Source of the DNA: Spirochaetia bacterium
GTDB lineage: Bacteria; Spirochaetota; Spirochaetia; SZUA-6; Bin103
Length of the DNA: 64,000 nucleotides
Assembly (NCBI GenBank): GCA_965199955.1
Contig: CBDATQ010000002.1
Span: forward strand, 1,312,001-1,376,000
Reading direction: 5' to 3'
Below the pieces are notes generated by a model. It saw only the letters and a list, made by a program, of their open reading frames with translations, had not been told where the DNA came from and made no database searches. This document shows positions 29,382 through 39,180 of this stretch, one piece after another. The position numbers were made by a program, and so were the translations under genes. Position 1 is the first letter of the stretch, and the number at the start of each line of letters is the position of its first letter.

Positions 29382-29654
29382 TCAGGCAGGTCCATGGCGC
29401 TGCACAGCTATTTCGTTCGCCCGAGCGCGCATCTGCGAGGCATCGCGCCATGCCTGCATGCGCAGCAGCATGTCCATGCCGATGCCAAACGCCTTCTCGA
29501 TGCGCAGTGCCATCTCCGGAGACAGAGAAGCGCCACCGTTCAACAGGTCCGAGAGCGTCGCTCGACGAACCCCGAGAATCCCGGCCGCCCTTGCTATGGT
29601 CAGCCCCAATTCCTCGATTACCTCGAGCGGACGATCCGGCGGCGGATGCCGCAA
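29382..29654 (-). CDS. higA: HigA-family antitoxin (orphan, N-terminus eroded)
   Basis: LGVRRATLSDLLNG..SLSPEMALRIEKAFG. Confidence 0.8.
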   Translation of the reverse strand: MRHPPPDRPLEVIEELGLTIARAAGILGVRRATLSDLLNGGASLSPEMALRIEKAFGIGMDMLLRMQAWRDASQMRARANEIAVQRHGPA

Positions 29655-29726
29655 CGCCGAGCCACTTCGAGCCTGCGCCGCCGCTGGTGCTCGATGCGGA
29701 GGATCGGACCAGTCCGTCGCCGGCGA

Positions 29727-29777
29727 GTCGCCTGCGGCGCCGCTCTTGCCGCTGACGCGGCAAACCCGACAGACTCC
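29727..29777 (+). repeat. Dispersed structured repeat, internally deleted copy D
   Basis: gtcgcctgcggcgccgctctt joined to gccgctgacgcggc..ccgacagactc; the last 11 nt are identical to the 3' arm of copy E. Confidence 0.65.
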
Positions 29778-29794
29778 GCAGCATCCGGAACCAC

Positions 29795-31309
29795 ATCACC
29801 CGCTCCCGCCCGACGGTCCCGGACCTGCTCTACATCCACACCGACCAGCACAATCCGTTCGTCACCGGCTGCTACGGCGACGCCGTGGTCGACACGCCCC
29901 ATCTGGACGCCCTGGCGGGGGCGGGCACGGTGTTCGACGCGGCGTACTGCACGTCGCCGATCTGCGTGCCGTCGCGGATGTCGATGCTCACCGGGCGCCA
30001 TCCGCACCAGAACGGCGTGTGGACGAACGACCACATGCTGCCCTCCGACACGCCGACGATCGCGCACGCCATGGGGGCGGCCGGGCACCGTCCCGTGCTG
30101 ATCGGCCGCATGCACTCGGTCGGTCTCGACCAGTTGCACGGCTACGTCGACCGGCTGGTCGGCGATCACGCCGCCAACTACAGCGGGGGGGTTGCGCACG
30201 ACATGGGCGCGCTGGCCGGGACCGCCGGGCCGGAGCGGATCAGCCTGCGCCACGCCGGGGCGGGCCAGTCGCCGTACCAGGTGCACGACGAGTATGTGGC
30301 CGCGGCCACGGTCGACTGCTTCAACCGGATCGGGGTCAGGCGCCGCGCCGACGAGGAGGCTCCGTTCTGCCTGAGCGTCGGCCTGATGCTGCCGCATCCG
30401 CCGTACGTGGCGCGCCGGCCCGACTTCGACCGCTACGCGGGACGCGTGGCGCCGCCGCGCCATCCGGAGCCGTTCTCGGACCGCCTCCATCCGTACATCC
30501 GGGCGTGGCGCTCGGCCACGGGAATCGAAGCGGTCGGCGCCGCCGAGCAGGAGCGCGCCCGCGCCGCCTACTGGGGACTGGTGGCGCGCGTGGACGAACT
30601 GGTCGGCCAGATGCTTGCGGCGCTCGACGCCAACGGCCTCAGGGAGCGCTGCCTGGTGGTCTACACCTCCGACCACGGCGACATGGTCGGCGAGCACGGC
30701 CTGTGGTGGAAGCACGTGTTCTACGAAGAGTCGATCCGGGTGCCGCTCATCGTGTCCTGGCCCGGGGTGGTGGCGGCCGGGCGCCGCTGCGCGAACGTCG
30801 TCAGCGCCGTCGACGTCGCCGCCACGCTGGTGGACGCGATGGACGGGCCGCCGCTGCCCGGCTCGCCGGGGCGCAGCGTGCTCCCGTTGATCCGGGAGGA
30901 GAGCGCCGGCCGGACGCCCTCCGAGGCGTGGACCGACGAGGCGTTCGCCGAGTACTGCGCGGACCGCTACGTGCCGTCGGAGCCGGTCTTCCAGCGCATG
31001 GTGCGCAGCGGGCGCTGGAAGCTCGTCTACTACCACGGCGATCGGCCGCAGCTCTTCGACCTGCAGGACGATCCGCACGAGCTGCGCGACCGCGCCGGTG
31101 ACCCGGCGTGCGCGGACATCCGCGCCGCCCTGACGCAGCGCGTCATGGACGGCTGGGACCCGGAGGCGATCGCACGCCGGCTCCATGCCAAGGAGGCCGA
31201 CAACCGCCTCATAGAAGCGTGGGCGCGCTCGACGCGGCCCGCCGACACCCATCGCTGGCCGCTTCTGCCTTCGATGGCCAGGCTCGACGAACCGAATCCA
31301 GGAGACTGA
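29795..31309 (+). CDS. Sulfatase (choline-sulfatase-like, family S1); start codon appears to be ATC
   Basis: PDLLYIHTDQH, CVPSR..MLTG, YTSDHGDMVGEHG, VRSGRWKL. Confidence 0.9.
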   Translation: MTRSRPTVPDLLYIHTDQHNPFVTGCYGDAVVDTPHLDALAGAGTVFDAAYCTSPICVPSRMSMLTGRHPHQNGVWTNDHMLPSDTPTIAHAMGAAGHRPVLIGRMHSVGLDQLHGYVDRLVGDHAANYSGGVAHDMGALAGTAGPERISLRHAGAGQSPYQVHDEYVAAATVDCFNRIGVRRRADEEAPFCLSVGLMLPHPPYVARRPDFDRYAGRVAPPRHPEPFSDRLHPYIRAWRSATGIEAVGAAEQERARAAYWGLVARVDELVGQMLAALDANGLRERCLVVYTSDHGDMVGEHGLWWKHVFYEESIRVPLIVSWPGVVAAGRRCANVVSAVDVAATLVDAMDGPPLPGSPGRSVLPLIREESAGRTPSEAWTDEAFAEYCADRYVPSEPVFQRMVRSGRWKLVYYHGDRPQLFDLQDDPHELRDRAGDPACADIRAALTQRVMDGWDPEAIARRLHAKEADNRLIEAWARSTRPADTHRWPLLPSMARLDEPNPGD

Positions 31310-31312
31310 CAT

Positions 31313-33085
31313 ATGCAACGATTCACCGTCTCGCGCGACGACCGCTACCACGAGGCGTGGCCGAGCGTCTGTATCGCCGCCAACGGCACGCTGGTGTGCT
31401 CCTACGCCGAAGCCGACCGGCACGGCGGCGGCGCCGTGCCCGGCGTCGTGGTGCGACTGAGCCAGGACGAGGGCGCCACCTGGTCCGAGCCGGTCGTCGT
31501 GGACACCCTGATGGACCGGCCCGACTGCGGGTACACGATGTGCCGGTCGGTCATCCGCCTGCAGGACGACTCGCTGCTGCTCGGCTGCGACTGGAACAAG
31601 ACCGACACGCTGCGCGGCCCGTCCGAGCGGTGGTACGCGCATCGCGGCATGCCCTGGGACTGGAGCTTCGACCCGGCCAACGGCCTGCTCCGGGAGGCGT
31701 GGCTGTACCGCAGCACCGATCACGGGCGGACCTGGACGGGACCCGAGCGCAGCGGCTGCATGACCGCCAGCCTCAACCTGAAACAGGTGAGCGACGGGAC
31801 TGTGTTCCTGTCCGGGACGCATTTTCACGTAGCCGGGTTGGAGGAAGCGCAGGTGCTGTACCGCTCGGACGACGGAGGCCGGACCTGGTCGGACGCGATC
31901 CCGGTGGTCGCGGACCGGCGGTTCCTCGCCGCGGAGGGGGACATCGTCGAGATGCCCGGCGGCGAGCTGGTCATGTACATCCGCAGCGACGACAACCCCG
32001 CGCGCACCGGCATGAAGGCCATCTCCCGCGATGGGGGCAGAACCTGGGAGGGTCCGTACGCCGCCGGCTACTGGCCGATCGCCGGCCGCGTCAACGCCGG
32101 CCTGCTGTCCAGCGGCGAGGCGCTGGTCGTGCACCGCGTCGGCGGATTCGAGCCCCAGCACTGGTTCGGCTTCTTCGTCGAGTCTCCCGAAACGGCGCTC
32201 GCTCCCACGCCCAATCTGCCAGAAGCCAGGATGAACCCGCCCGCCGACACGTGGGGGATGATCGACAACGACACCAGCTCGTTCGCCGACCACGGCTACG
32301 GCGACTGGGTGGAGCTGCCGGGAGGCGACGTCTACGCGGTCAACTACATCGTGGACACGGCGGCCGAAGACCGGCCGCAGATACGCGGCTACCGCCTGCG
32401 CCGCGACGAATTGCTCGCCCCGTCGCGGAACCTCACCATCGACTTCACGCCGCCCGAGTACCGCCGCGGCAAGCTGGCGGGGCAGGCCGGCTGGGTGCGG
32501 CAAATCCCGGAGTTGTGGCGCACCACCGAGTGGCTGGAGCAGGTCGACTACGGGCCGCTCGGCAACAACGTCGTGATCGACGGCCAGCGCATGACCGGAT
32601 CGCGCAACGTCGGCGGCCTGGAGGAGGTGGTGCGGCGCGACGTCGGGCCCTACGATCTGGAGCGCGAGGTCGTGGAGCTGACCGTCACCCACCGGGGCCG
32701 GCAGCGAGTGGGCATCCTGCGCCTGGACGACCAGGACGCCGACACGATCGTCGAGCTGCGCAGCGACTCCGTCTACGGGGAGCTGTGGGCGAGGGACAAC
32801 CGCAGCGTGCCCTACCTCTCCGGCATCGAGGTCGGCGACGAGTGGTGGCTCACCACCATCCGCCTGGCCGGGGGGCGTGTGGAGGTAGTGTCGCGGCGAA
32901 GGGACGCGGGCGCCGGAGCCGGCGCCGAACCCTGGGCCACCGTGGTGCCCGACGAAACGTACCGGCACCACTCCGCGCTGGCCGCGATCGTCGTGGCGCT
33001 CGGCGACGCTGGCGGCTTCTACGTCGACGACATCTCGATCGAGGTGGGCAGCAACGGCTCGGGGCCGCAAGGGGGCGCACGATGA
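31313..33085 (+). CDS. BNR/Asp-box sialidase-like protein
   Basis: Four SxDxGxTW boxes; GGAG RBS. Confidence 0.85.
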   Translation: MQRFTVSRDDRYHEAWPSVCIAANGTLVCSYAEADRHGGGAVPGVVVRLSQDEGATWSEPVVVDTLMDRPDCGYTMCRSVIRLQDDSLLLGCDWNKTDTLRGPSERWYAHRGMPWDWSFDPANGLLREAWLYRSTDHGRTWTGPERSGCMTASLNLKQVSDGTVFLSGTHFHVAGLEEAQVLYRSDDGGRTWSDAIPVVADRRFLAAEGDIVEMPGGELVMYIRSDDNPARTGMKAISRDGGRTWEGPYAAGYWPIAGRVNAGLLSSGEALVVHRVGGFEPQHWFGFFVESPETALAPTPNLPEARMNPPADTWGMIDNDTSSFADHGYGDWVELPGGDVYAVNYIVDTAAEDRPQIRGYRLRRDELLAPSRNLTIDFTPPEYRRGKLAGQAGWVRQIPELWRTTEWLEQVDYGPLGNNVVIDGQRMTGSRNVGGLEEVVRRDVGPYDLEREVVELTVTHRGRQRVGILRLDDQDADTIVELRSDSVYGELWARDNRSVPYLSGIEVGDEWWLTTIRLAGGRVEVVSRRRDAGAGAGAEPWATVVPDETYRHHSALAAIVVALGDAGGFYVDDISIEVGSNGSGPQGGAR

Positions 33086-33900
33086 GTCACGGACACGGGA
33101 ATGCGGTGGAGGATCACACCGGATCCAGGGTCATAGTCACCGGCGCCTGCGGCGGCATCGGCGAGGCGATCGCGCGCGCTTTCGCCGGCGCCGGTGCGGC
33201 GGTCGCGCTGGCCGACGTCCGTGCCGCAGAGCTGACCGAGCTGGCCTCGGCCCTCACGGGGCAGGGCGCGACCGTGCACCACGGCGTGGTCGACGTGACC
33301 GACGACGCGGCGGCGCAGGCGTTCTGCGCGTCGGCCGCGGGCGCCCTGGGCGGGGTCGACCACCTCGTCAACACCGTGGGCGTCGTCGACAACATGGGCG
33401 ATGTCGTGGACCTGGCGCCGGAGGTGTGGGAACGGACGCTGAGCGTCAACCTCACGTCGGCGTACCTGCTGGCGCGCCACGCCGTTCCTTTCATGATCGA
33501 GTCCGGCGGCGGCTCGATCGTCAACATCTCGTCCGTATCCGGCCTGGCCAACCAGGCGCGCGCCATGGCCTATTCGGTGACCAAGGCGGGCATGATCGCG
33601 CTCACCCGGAGCGAGGCCATCGACCTGGCCCGGCACGGCATCCGGGCGAACGCGATCTGTCCCGGCTCCGTGGAGACGCCGCTGGTCGAACAGGCCATTC
33701 ACCTCATGGCCTCAGAAACGGACCGTTCGTACCAGGAGACCCGCCACGACTGGGAGTCGCAATATCCGACCGGCCGCTTCTCGCGGCCCGAGGAAGTGGC
33801 CGAGCTCACGCTCTTCCTGTGCTCCGCGCGCGCCGGCAACGTCACCGGCGGCAGCTTCGTGATCGACGGCGGCCTGACGGCGCTCCTGCCGGAGCGCTGA
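33082..33900 (+). CDS. SDR-family oxidoreductase
   Basis: TGACGGIG, NISS, YSVTK, NAICPG, DGG. Confidence 0.92.
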   Translation: MSHGHGNAVEDHTGSRVIVTGACGGIGEAIARAFAGAGAAVALADVRAAELTELASALTGQGATVHHGVVDVTDDAAAQAFCASAAGALGGVDHLVNTVGVVDNMGDVVDLAPEVWERTLSVNLTSAYLLARHAVPFMIESGGGSIVNISSVSGLANQARAMAYSVTKAGMIALTRSEAIDLARHGIRANAICPGSVETPLVEQAIHLMASETDRSYQETRHDWESQYPTGRFSRPEEVAELTLFLCSARAGNVTGGSFVIDGGLTALLPER

Positions 33901-33913
33901 TCCGCGCGGCGCG

Positions 33914-34491
33914 GTGAGCGACGGCGTCGCGGGCAGGTCCGAGCGGCGGGAAGCTGAGCGGCGCACGCTGCAGGGCCAGGTGGCGGTCGTCACCGGCGCC
34001 GCCAGCGCGATCGGGCGGGCCATCGCCGGGCTGTTCGTCGGCGCCGGCGCCCGCGTGGTGCTGGGCGACCGGCGCGGCGAGGCGCTGCACGCGCTGGCCG
34101 CCGGGCTGGGGACGCCCGCGGCCGCGATCGAGTGCGACGTCACCCAGGCGGAGCAGGTGGCGCGCCTGGTGGCAGCGGCGCGCGAGCGGTGGCAACGTCT
34201 GGACGTGCTGGCACCCTGGCCGATGCCCTCGAAGGGCAGGAGATCTCCTCCACGGTGGTGGTTCCCGGCATGGTCCACGAGGGCATGTGGAAGGAGATCG
34301 TCTCCCGGAGGGCCGCCGCGGACGGGCAGTCCCTGGAAGAAGCGGCCGAAGCACACCTTGCCGAGACGCCGACCGGCCGCTTTCAGAAGCCCGCGGATCT
34401 GGCTAACATCGTGCTCTACGTCGCCACCAGCCGGGGCATGACGCTGAGCGGCAGGATCGTCTGGTCCGAGGCTCACCAGGAGTGGCGCTGA
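33914..34491 (+). pseudogene. SDR-family oxidoreductase with internal deletion
   Basis: TGAASAIG..LDVL jumps, with a frame change, to VVVPGMV..TPTGRF; catalytic YxxxK absent. Confidence 0.8.
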
Positions 34492-34506
34492 AGCAGGAGA
34501 GATTCC

Positions 34507-35640
34507 GTGCGCATCGAATCCGTCGAGCCCTTCCTCTTTCACCATTGGCTGGTGGTCCGGATCGACACCGACACCGGCATCACCGGCTACGGACCCAGCG
34601 CCTACTGGGGGTATCCGGACGCCGCCGAGCGTATCGTCAGCGCGTTCCGGCAGCAGTTGGTGGGCACCGATCCCCTTCGTGTCGAGCAGCACTGGAACCG
34701 CCTGTTCCACTGGAAGCCGTTCCGCGACGGCGCGATCATCGGCGCCGTTGCCGCCGTCGACATCGCGCTCTGGGACATCGCCGGGCGCCACTTCGGCGTG
34801 CCGGCGTATCAGTTGCTGGGGGGCAAGCAGCGCGAAGCGGCCCGCCTGCACCTGCTCATCGACAGCCCGGACATCGACACGCTGGTCGCGGAAGCCACCG
34901 GCGCCGTCGCCGCCGGTTTCACGGCCGTAAAGTTCGACGCCCTGCCCGACGGTGGGGTAGAGGCCACGGAGACCTACACGGGGGCCATGCAGACGATCGT
35001 CGACCGCGCGGCGGCGGCACGCGAGGCGGTGGGCTGGGAGATCGACCTGATCCTGGAGCTCCACCGCGACTTCAACCCGGGCGAGGTCATCGCCCTTGCC
35101 GGCGAGCTGGAGCGCTTCCGGCTGTATTTCATCGAGGATCCGATCCCTCCCCACAGCGCCGATGCGCACGCCGACGTGCTGCGTCACAGCCGCATCCCGG
35201 TCGCCGTCGGCGAGCGTCAGACCACGATCTACGAGTTTCAGGAGATGCTGGCGCGGGGCGCGCGCTTCCTGCGCCCCGACGTCGGCATGTCCGGCGGGCT
35301 GACCCACTGCAAGAAGATCGCCACCCTGGCCGAGGCGCACCACGCCCAGGTGGTCACGCACAACTTCTTCAATCCGCTGGTCACCGCGGCCACGCTGCAG
35401 CTCTACGCCGCGATCCCCAACGCCGGCACCCTGGAGTACCTGCTCTGGGAGGAGGAACCGCCGCGCAGCGAGATGCTGAAATCCCCGCTCCGCCGCGACG
35501 GCGGCTACCTGCCGATCTCGGACGCCCCTGGCCTGGGCGTGGACTTGGACCCCGCCATCGTCGACCGCTACCCCTATCAGCCGTGGGAGTACCCGCCGCA
35601 GGTCCGCATGCGCGGCGACGGCTCGGTGTTCCTCAAGTAG
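34507..35640 (+). CDS. Mandelate racemase/galactonate dehydratase-like enolase-superfamily enzyme
   Basis: VDIALWDI.G, GFTAVKF, FIEDP, VAVGER, PGLGVD. Confidence 0.9.
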   Translation: MRIESVEPFLFHHWLVVRIDTDTGITGYGPSAYWGYPDAAERIVSAFRQQLVGTDPLRVEQHWNRLFHWKPFRDGAIIGAVAAVDIALWDIAGRHFGVPAYQLLGGKQREAARLHLLIDSPDIDTLVAEATGAVAAGFTAVKFDALPDGGVEATETYTGAMQTIVDRAAAAREAVGWEIDLILELHRDFNPGEVIALAGELERFRLYFIEDPIPPHSADAHADVLRHSRIPVAVGERQTTIYEFQEMLARGARFLRPDVGMSGGLTHCKKIATLAEAHHAQVVTHNFFNPLVTAATLQLYAAIPNAGTLEYLLWEEEPPRSEMLKSPLRRDGGYLPISDAPGLGVDLDPAIVDRYPYQPWEYPPQVRMRGDGSVFLK

Positions 35641-35662
35641 CCGGAGAGTCGAGGAGAGAGAT

Positions 35663-36220
35663 TTGGACGAACTGAAGCACCTGTCGATGGACACGCTCAC
35701 CGCCGGGCTCGACGAGGTTCGCCGGTCGCCCGCGGCGACCGGCGTGCTGGAACTGATCGTCCGTCGGCCGCGGACGGACGTTCGCGAAGTCGCAGATGTC
35801 GCCGAGCTCGACGTGGCCGAAGGCTTGGTTGGCGACGGTTGGAAGACCCGTGGCAGCTCGAACACCGACGATGGTTCTGCCGAGCTGGAACGCCAGCTCA
35901 CGCTGGCCAACGCTCGCCTGATGGCCCTGGTGGCCCGGGAGAAGCGCCATTGGCCGCCGGCCGGGGACCAGCTCTACGTCGACTTCGACCTGAGCCAGGA
36001 CAACGCGCCTCCGGGGACCCGCCTGGCGATCGGTGCCGCAGTGATCCAGATCACGGAGACGCCTCACACCGGCTGCAGGAAATACGCGGCCCGCTACGGG
36101 CGGGATGCCTTGAAGTTCATCAGCACGCCTCTGGGCAAGGAGCTGCGGCTCCGTGGGCTCTACGCCAAGGTCATCCGTTCCGGAACGATCCGGGCCGGGG
36201 ATGCCGTAACGAAGCTGTAG
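35663..36220 (+). CDS. MOSC-domain protein
   Basis: GLVGD, GDQLYVD, PHTGC.K, RLRG.YAKV..G.I..GD. Confidence 0.88.
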   Translation: MDELKHLSMDTLTAGLDEVRRSPAATGVLELIVRRPRTDVREVADVAELDVAEGLVGDGWKTRGSSNTDDGSAELERQLTLANARLMALVAREKRHWPPAGDQLYVDFDLSQDNAPPGTRLAIGAAVIQITETPHTGCRKYAARYGRDALKFISTPLGKELRLRGLYAKVIRSGTIRAGDAVTKL

Positions 36221-36235
36221 TCCGTTCCGGATTCC

Positions 36236-36910
36236 CTTAGCCCGAAGTTCCAGGAGCGAAATTGCCTGAAGTCCTTGTGGTCAGGGTAGTTTCTCAATGG
36301 TGCAGGTTCCTGTGCATGGCTACATGCGGGGCGTGACCCCAAGCAGCTCGAAACAGCGCTGCTGAACCGGCGTCGGGTGCGTGTGCAGCGTGAACGTGCT
36401 GCCGCCCTCTGCAACCTGCATCGTGTTCGCGGTCAGCGTGCCCAGCTCAATGATCAGCGTGCGAGCTGTGCACCGGCAACCCTCGGTGCGCTTGCTTGAC
36501 GCCTTGGCCGCCGCGGCCGCCGATCGCTGCGCCGGCGCCACTTCGAACAACGACAGCGACACCTCACCGGCGGCCACCAGCGTGCGGATCGTCGGCGCGC
36601 GCAGCGTCGTGATCCACCGCGTCCCAACTGCGCCAGCTCGCAGTGGCTGCCCTCGAAGTAGGTCGAGCTCAGGTCGTAGAGCACCAGCGTGTGCTCGCTG
36701 AGGTGCTGTTCGGCCAGGCGGTCCTCGATCGCCGCCTGTGGCGCCCGACCAACCAGTCCATCGCCTCATGGAGCTCGTTCTCATCGACCTCGCCCAGCCG
36801 CAGCGACTCGCCCAGGGTGGACACGGCGCTGGGCGGTGAGAGCGCGCGGGCGGTGGCCAGCTTGGACTGCGCGTCGATGACGCGGGCGGTGATCATGGCG
36901 ATGACCAACT
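36236..36910 (-). mobile_element. IS1634-family remnant with several internal deletions and one end retained
   Basis: LYDLSSTYFEG.HCELA, WITTLRAP, PTPVQQRCFELLGV; end ggaacttcgggctaag. Confidence 0.82.
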
Positions 36911-37125
36911 CGCGGCGTGCTGTCCACCCTGACGGCCTTGTTGAACTCGACCATGACTATGACGTGCTGGTCCCGCTCGATCGTCCGGCCGTGTGCCTCG
37001 TCGCCATGGGCGAACGGGAACATGTTGACTTGGCTGATCCGAGGAGCCGTGACGCGGCTGCCGTCCACTGTGCGGCGAGCGTCGGCGGCGACTTCGGTCT
37101 TCCTGCGGCCGGCCGTGTCCGGTCA

Positions 37126-37578
37126 TCAAGCGTTCTCGACCCAGGCGCGGGCGCGCCGCACGTGCTCCAAGGGACGGAACACCGATGAGAACATGTCGCG
37201 CACGACGCCCTCCTCATCGATGAGGTACGTCACCCGGCCTGTCGTGCCAAACAGCAGCGCCGAGCTCGCCCCGTAGAGGCGCCGCACCGAGCCGTCCCGG
37301 TCGCTCACGATCGGGAACGGTAGTTCCCGGCTCGAGGCGAACCTTCGGTGCGACTCCACCGAATCGCTGCTGATGCCCACCACCTCCGCTCCGGCGGTCG
37401 TCAGCTCCTCGTACGCGTCGCGGAATGCGCACGCCTCCGCGGTGCATCCCCTCGTGTTGTTGCGCGGGTAGAAGAACAGCACGACCTTGCGGCCGCGCAG
37501 CGAGCTGAGTTGCAGAGGCGTGCCGTTCGCCCCAGGCAGGACGAAGTCAGGGGCGCTCTGGTTGACCGCGACACCCAT
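37126..37578 (-). CDS. bcp: Peroxiredoxin Q/BCP
   Basis: APDF.L, FFYP..NTRGCTAEAC.FRD, GRVTYLID. Confidence 0.9.
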   Translation of the reverse strand: MGVAVNQSAPDFVLPGANGTPLQLSSLRGRKVVLFFYPRNNTRGCTAEACAFRDAYEELTTAGAEVVGISSDSVESHRRFASSRELPFPIVSDRDGSVRRLYGASSALLFGTTGRVTYLIDEEGVVRDMFSSVFRPLEHVRRARAWVENA

Positions 37579-37777
37579 GGGCCGATTCTATCCGCGGAGA
37601 ACCGTCGCCGAAAGCTCGTGAACGGCAAGGCCGTCGCGAACTTCGGCGTCGCAGTGAATTCGGCGCCCTGGACAGGCGTTCGGCTGGCTCGCGGAGCGTC
37701 CGTGCCACGACACCGCAATCGGCGCGCGCTATGCTCGGACCACTTGGTGAAGCACCGCCAGGCGGGAGGTTTGCAAC

Positions 37778-38515
37778 GTGGCTGACGTCGCCATCGTAAC
37801 CGGAGCCAGCCGCGGGATCGGCGCAGCGACGGTGCGCCTGCTGGGCGCGCGCGGCTACCGCGTGTGCGTCAACTATCGCACCGAGCCCGAGCCGGCGCGC
37901 GAGCTGTGCGCGGAGATCGAGGCAGCCGGCGGACGCGCCATCGCCGTCTACGCCGACGTCGGCCGGGCCGACGAGGTCGCGGAGCTGTTCGCCACCGTGG
38001 ACGGAGAGCTCGGCCCGGTCACGGCGCTGGTCAACAACGCGGCCATGATAGGACCGAGCACCCGCGTGATCGACCTGGACCCCGCGGACATGGAGCGGCT
38101 GCTGCAGGTCAACGTGATGGGCGTCGTGCACTGCACCCAGCAGGCGCTGCGCCGCATGTCGACCGATCACGGCGGCACGGGAGGCGCGATCGTGAACGTC
38201 TCCTCGGGAGCCTCGTACGTCGGCGAGCCCGGGGTCGCCGTCCACTATGCGGCCACCAAGGGAGCCGTGACCAGCTTCGGCATCGGCCTGGCGCAGGAGG
38301 TGATGGCCGAGGGCGTGCGCGTCAACACCGTAAGCCCCGGCCCTATCCGCACGGCCATGCCCCACCCGGGCGCCCTGGAGCGGGGAGCGCAGGTCGTGCC
38401 GGCCCGCCGCGCGGGCGAGCCGGAGGAGGTGGCCGAGGCGATCGTCTGGCTGCTGTCCCCGGCGGCAAGCTACGTCGCCTGCGCCAACATCCGCGTAGCC
38501 GGGGGCAAGCCGTAA
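37778..38515 (+). CDS. SDR-family oxidoreductase
   Basis: TGASRGIG, LVNNA, NVSS, YAATK. Confidence 0.92.
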   Translation: MADVAIVTGASRGIGAATVRLLGARGYRVCVNYRTEPEPARELCAEIEAAGGRAIAVYADVGRADEVAELFATVDGELGPVTALVNNAAMIGPSTRVIDLDPADMERLLQVNVMGVVHCTQQALRRMSTDHGGTGGAIVNVSSGASYVGEPGVAVHYAATKGAVTSFGIGLAQEVMAEGVRVNTVSPGPIRTAMPHPGALERGAQVVPARRAGEPEEVAEAIVWLLSPAASYVACANIRVAGGKP

Positions 38516-38593
38516 CGGGTGGCCGGCCGGTCCCCGAGCGGAATGCAACGGGCGCCGGGTATACTCGTGCTTGCGACCGGAGATACCAAGGCG

Positions 38594-38851
38594 ATGAGAG
38601 CCGCAATGACGTTGGAAGAGGCGGTCTGGGTCGATCCCGACCGGATGAGCGGGGCGCCGTGCTTCCGCGGAAGCCGACTTCCGGTACGACATCTTTTCGA
38701 CTGGCTCGCGGACGGCGTGCCTCTCGACGAGTTCGTCGACGAGTTCCGCATCGACAGGCGAGCCGCAGAAGCGGTTCTGCGGGCGGCGGGTGCCGAGTTG
38801 TCGCGTCGCCGCGACGGCGCCGGCCAGCGCTCGTACGCCTCCGGCGCATGA
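38594..38851 (+). CDS. DUF433-family antitoxin
   Basis: DPDRMSGAPCFRGSRLPV..LF..LADG. Confidence 0.88.
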   Translation: MRAAMTLEEAVWVDPDRMSGAPCFRGSRLPVRHLFDWLADGVPLDEFVDEFRIDRRAAEAVLRAAGAELSRRRDGAGQRSYASGA

Positions 38852-39180
38852 ATGAAGATCTTGCTCGATGTTGGTATTTCTCCTCGCCTGCGACCGGCGC
38901 TGGAGAAGGCTCTTGGCGGAGCCAGGGGGAGAGCGCAGTGTTCAACGAGTGGCGCACGTTACGGAACAGCGAACTGCTGAAACAGGCACAGGATCACTGT
39001 TTCACGACACTGATCACATCTGACAAGCGGTTGGCCCGCGAGCATTCGCCGCTTCCCTTGGCTGTGATCGCAGTCGATGACACCCGCCTGAAACCACTGC
39101 TCGACGGTGTGCCCGACATCGCTCGAGCGGTCCGCGAAACACCGACCGGGTCGTTCCAGATCGTCGAGGTCGGCCCGTGA
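38852..39180 (+). pseudogene. PIN-like (DUF5615-type) toxin, frameshift at G5 38925-38929
   Basis: MKILLDVGIS then W..LRNSELL..A....LITSDK in another frame. Confidence 0.8.

Noticed and set aside
36915..37070. Fragment VMVEFNKAVRVDSTP resembling an Ig-like surface repeat
   Set aside because: Too short and fused to IS debris
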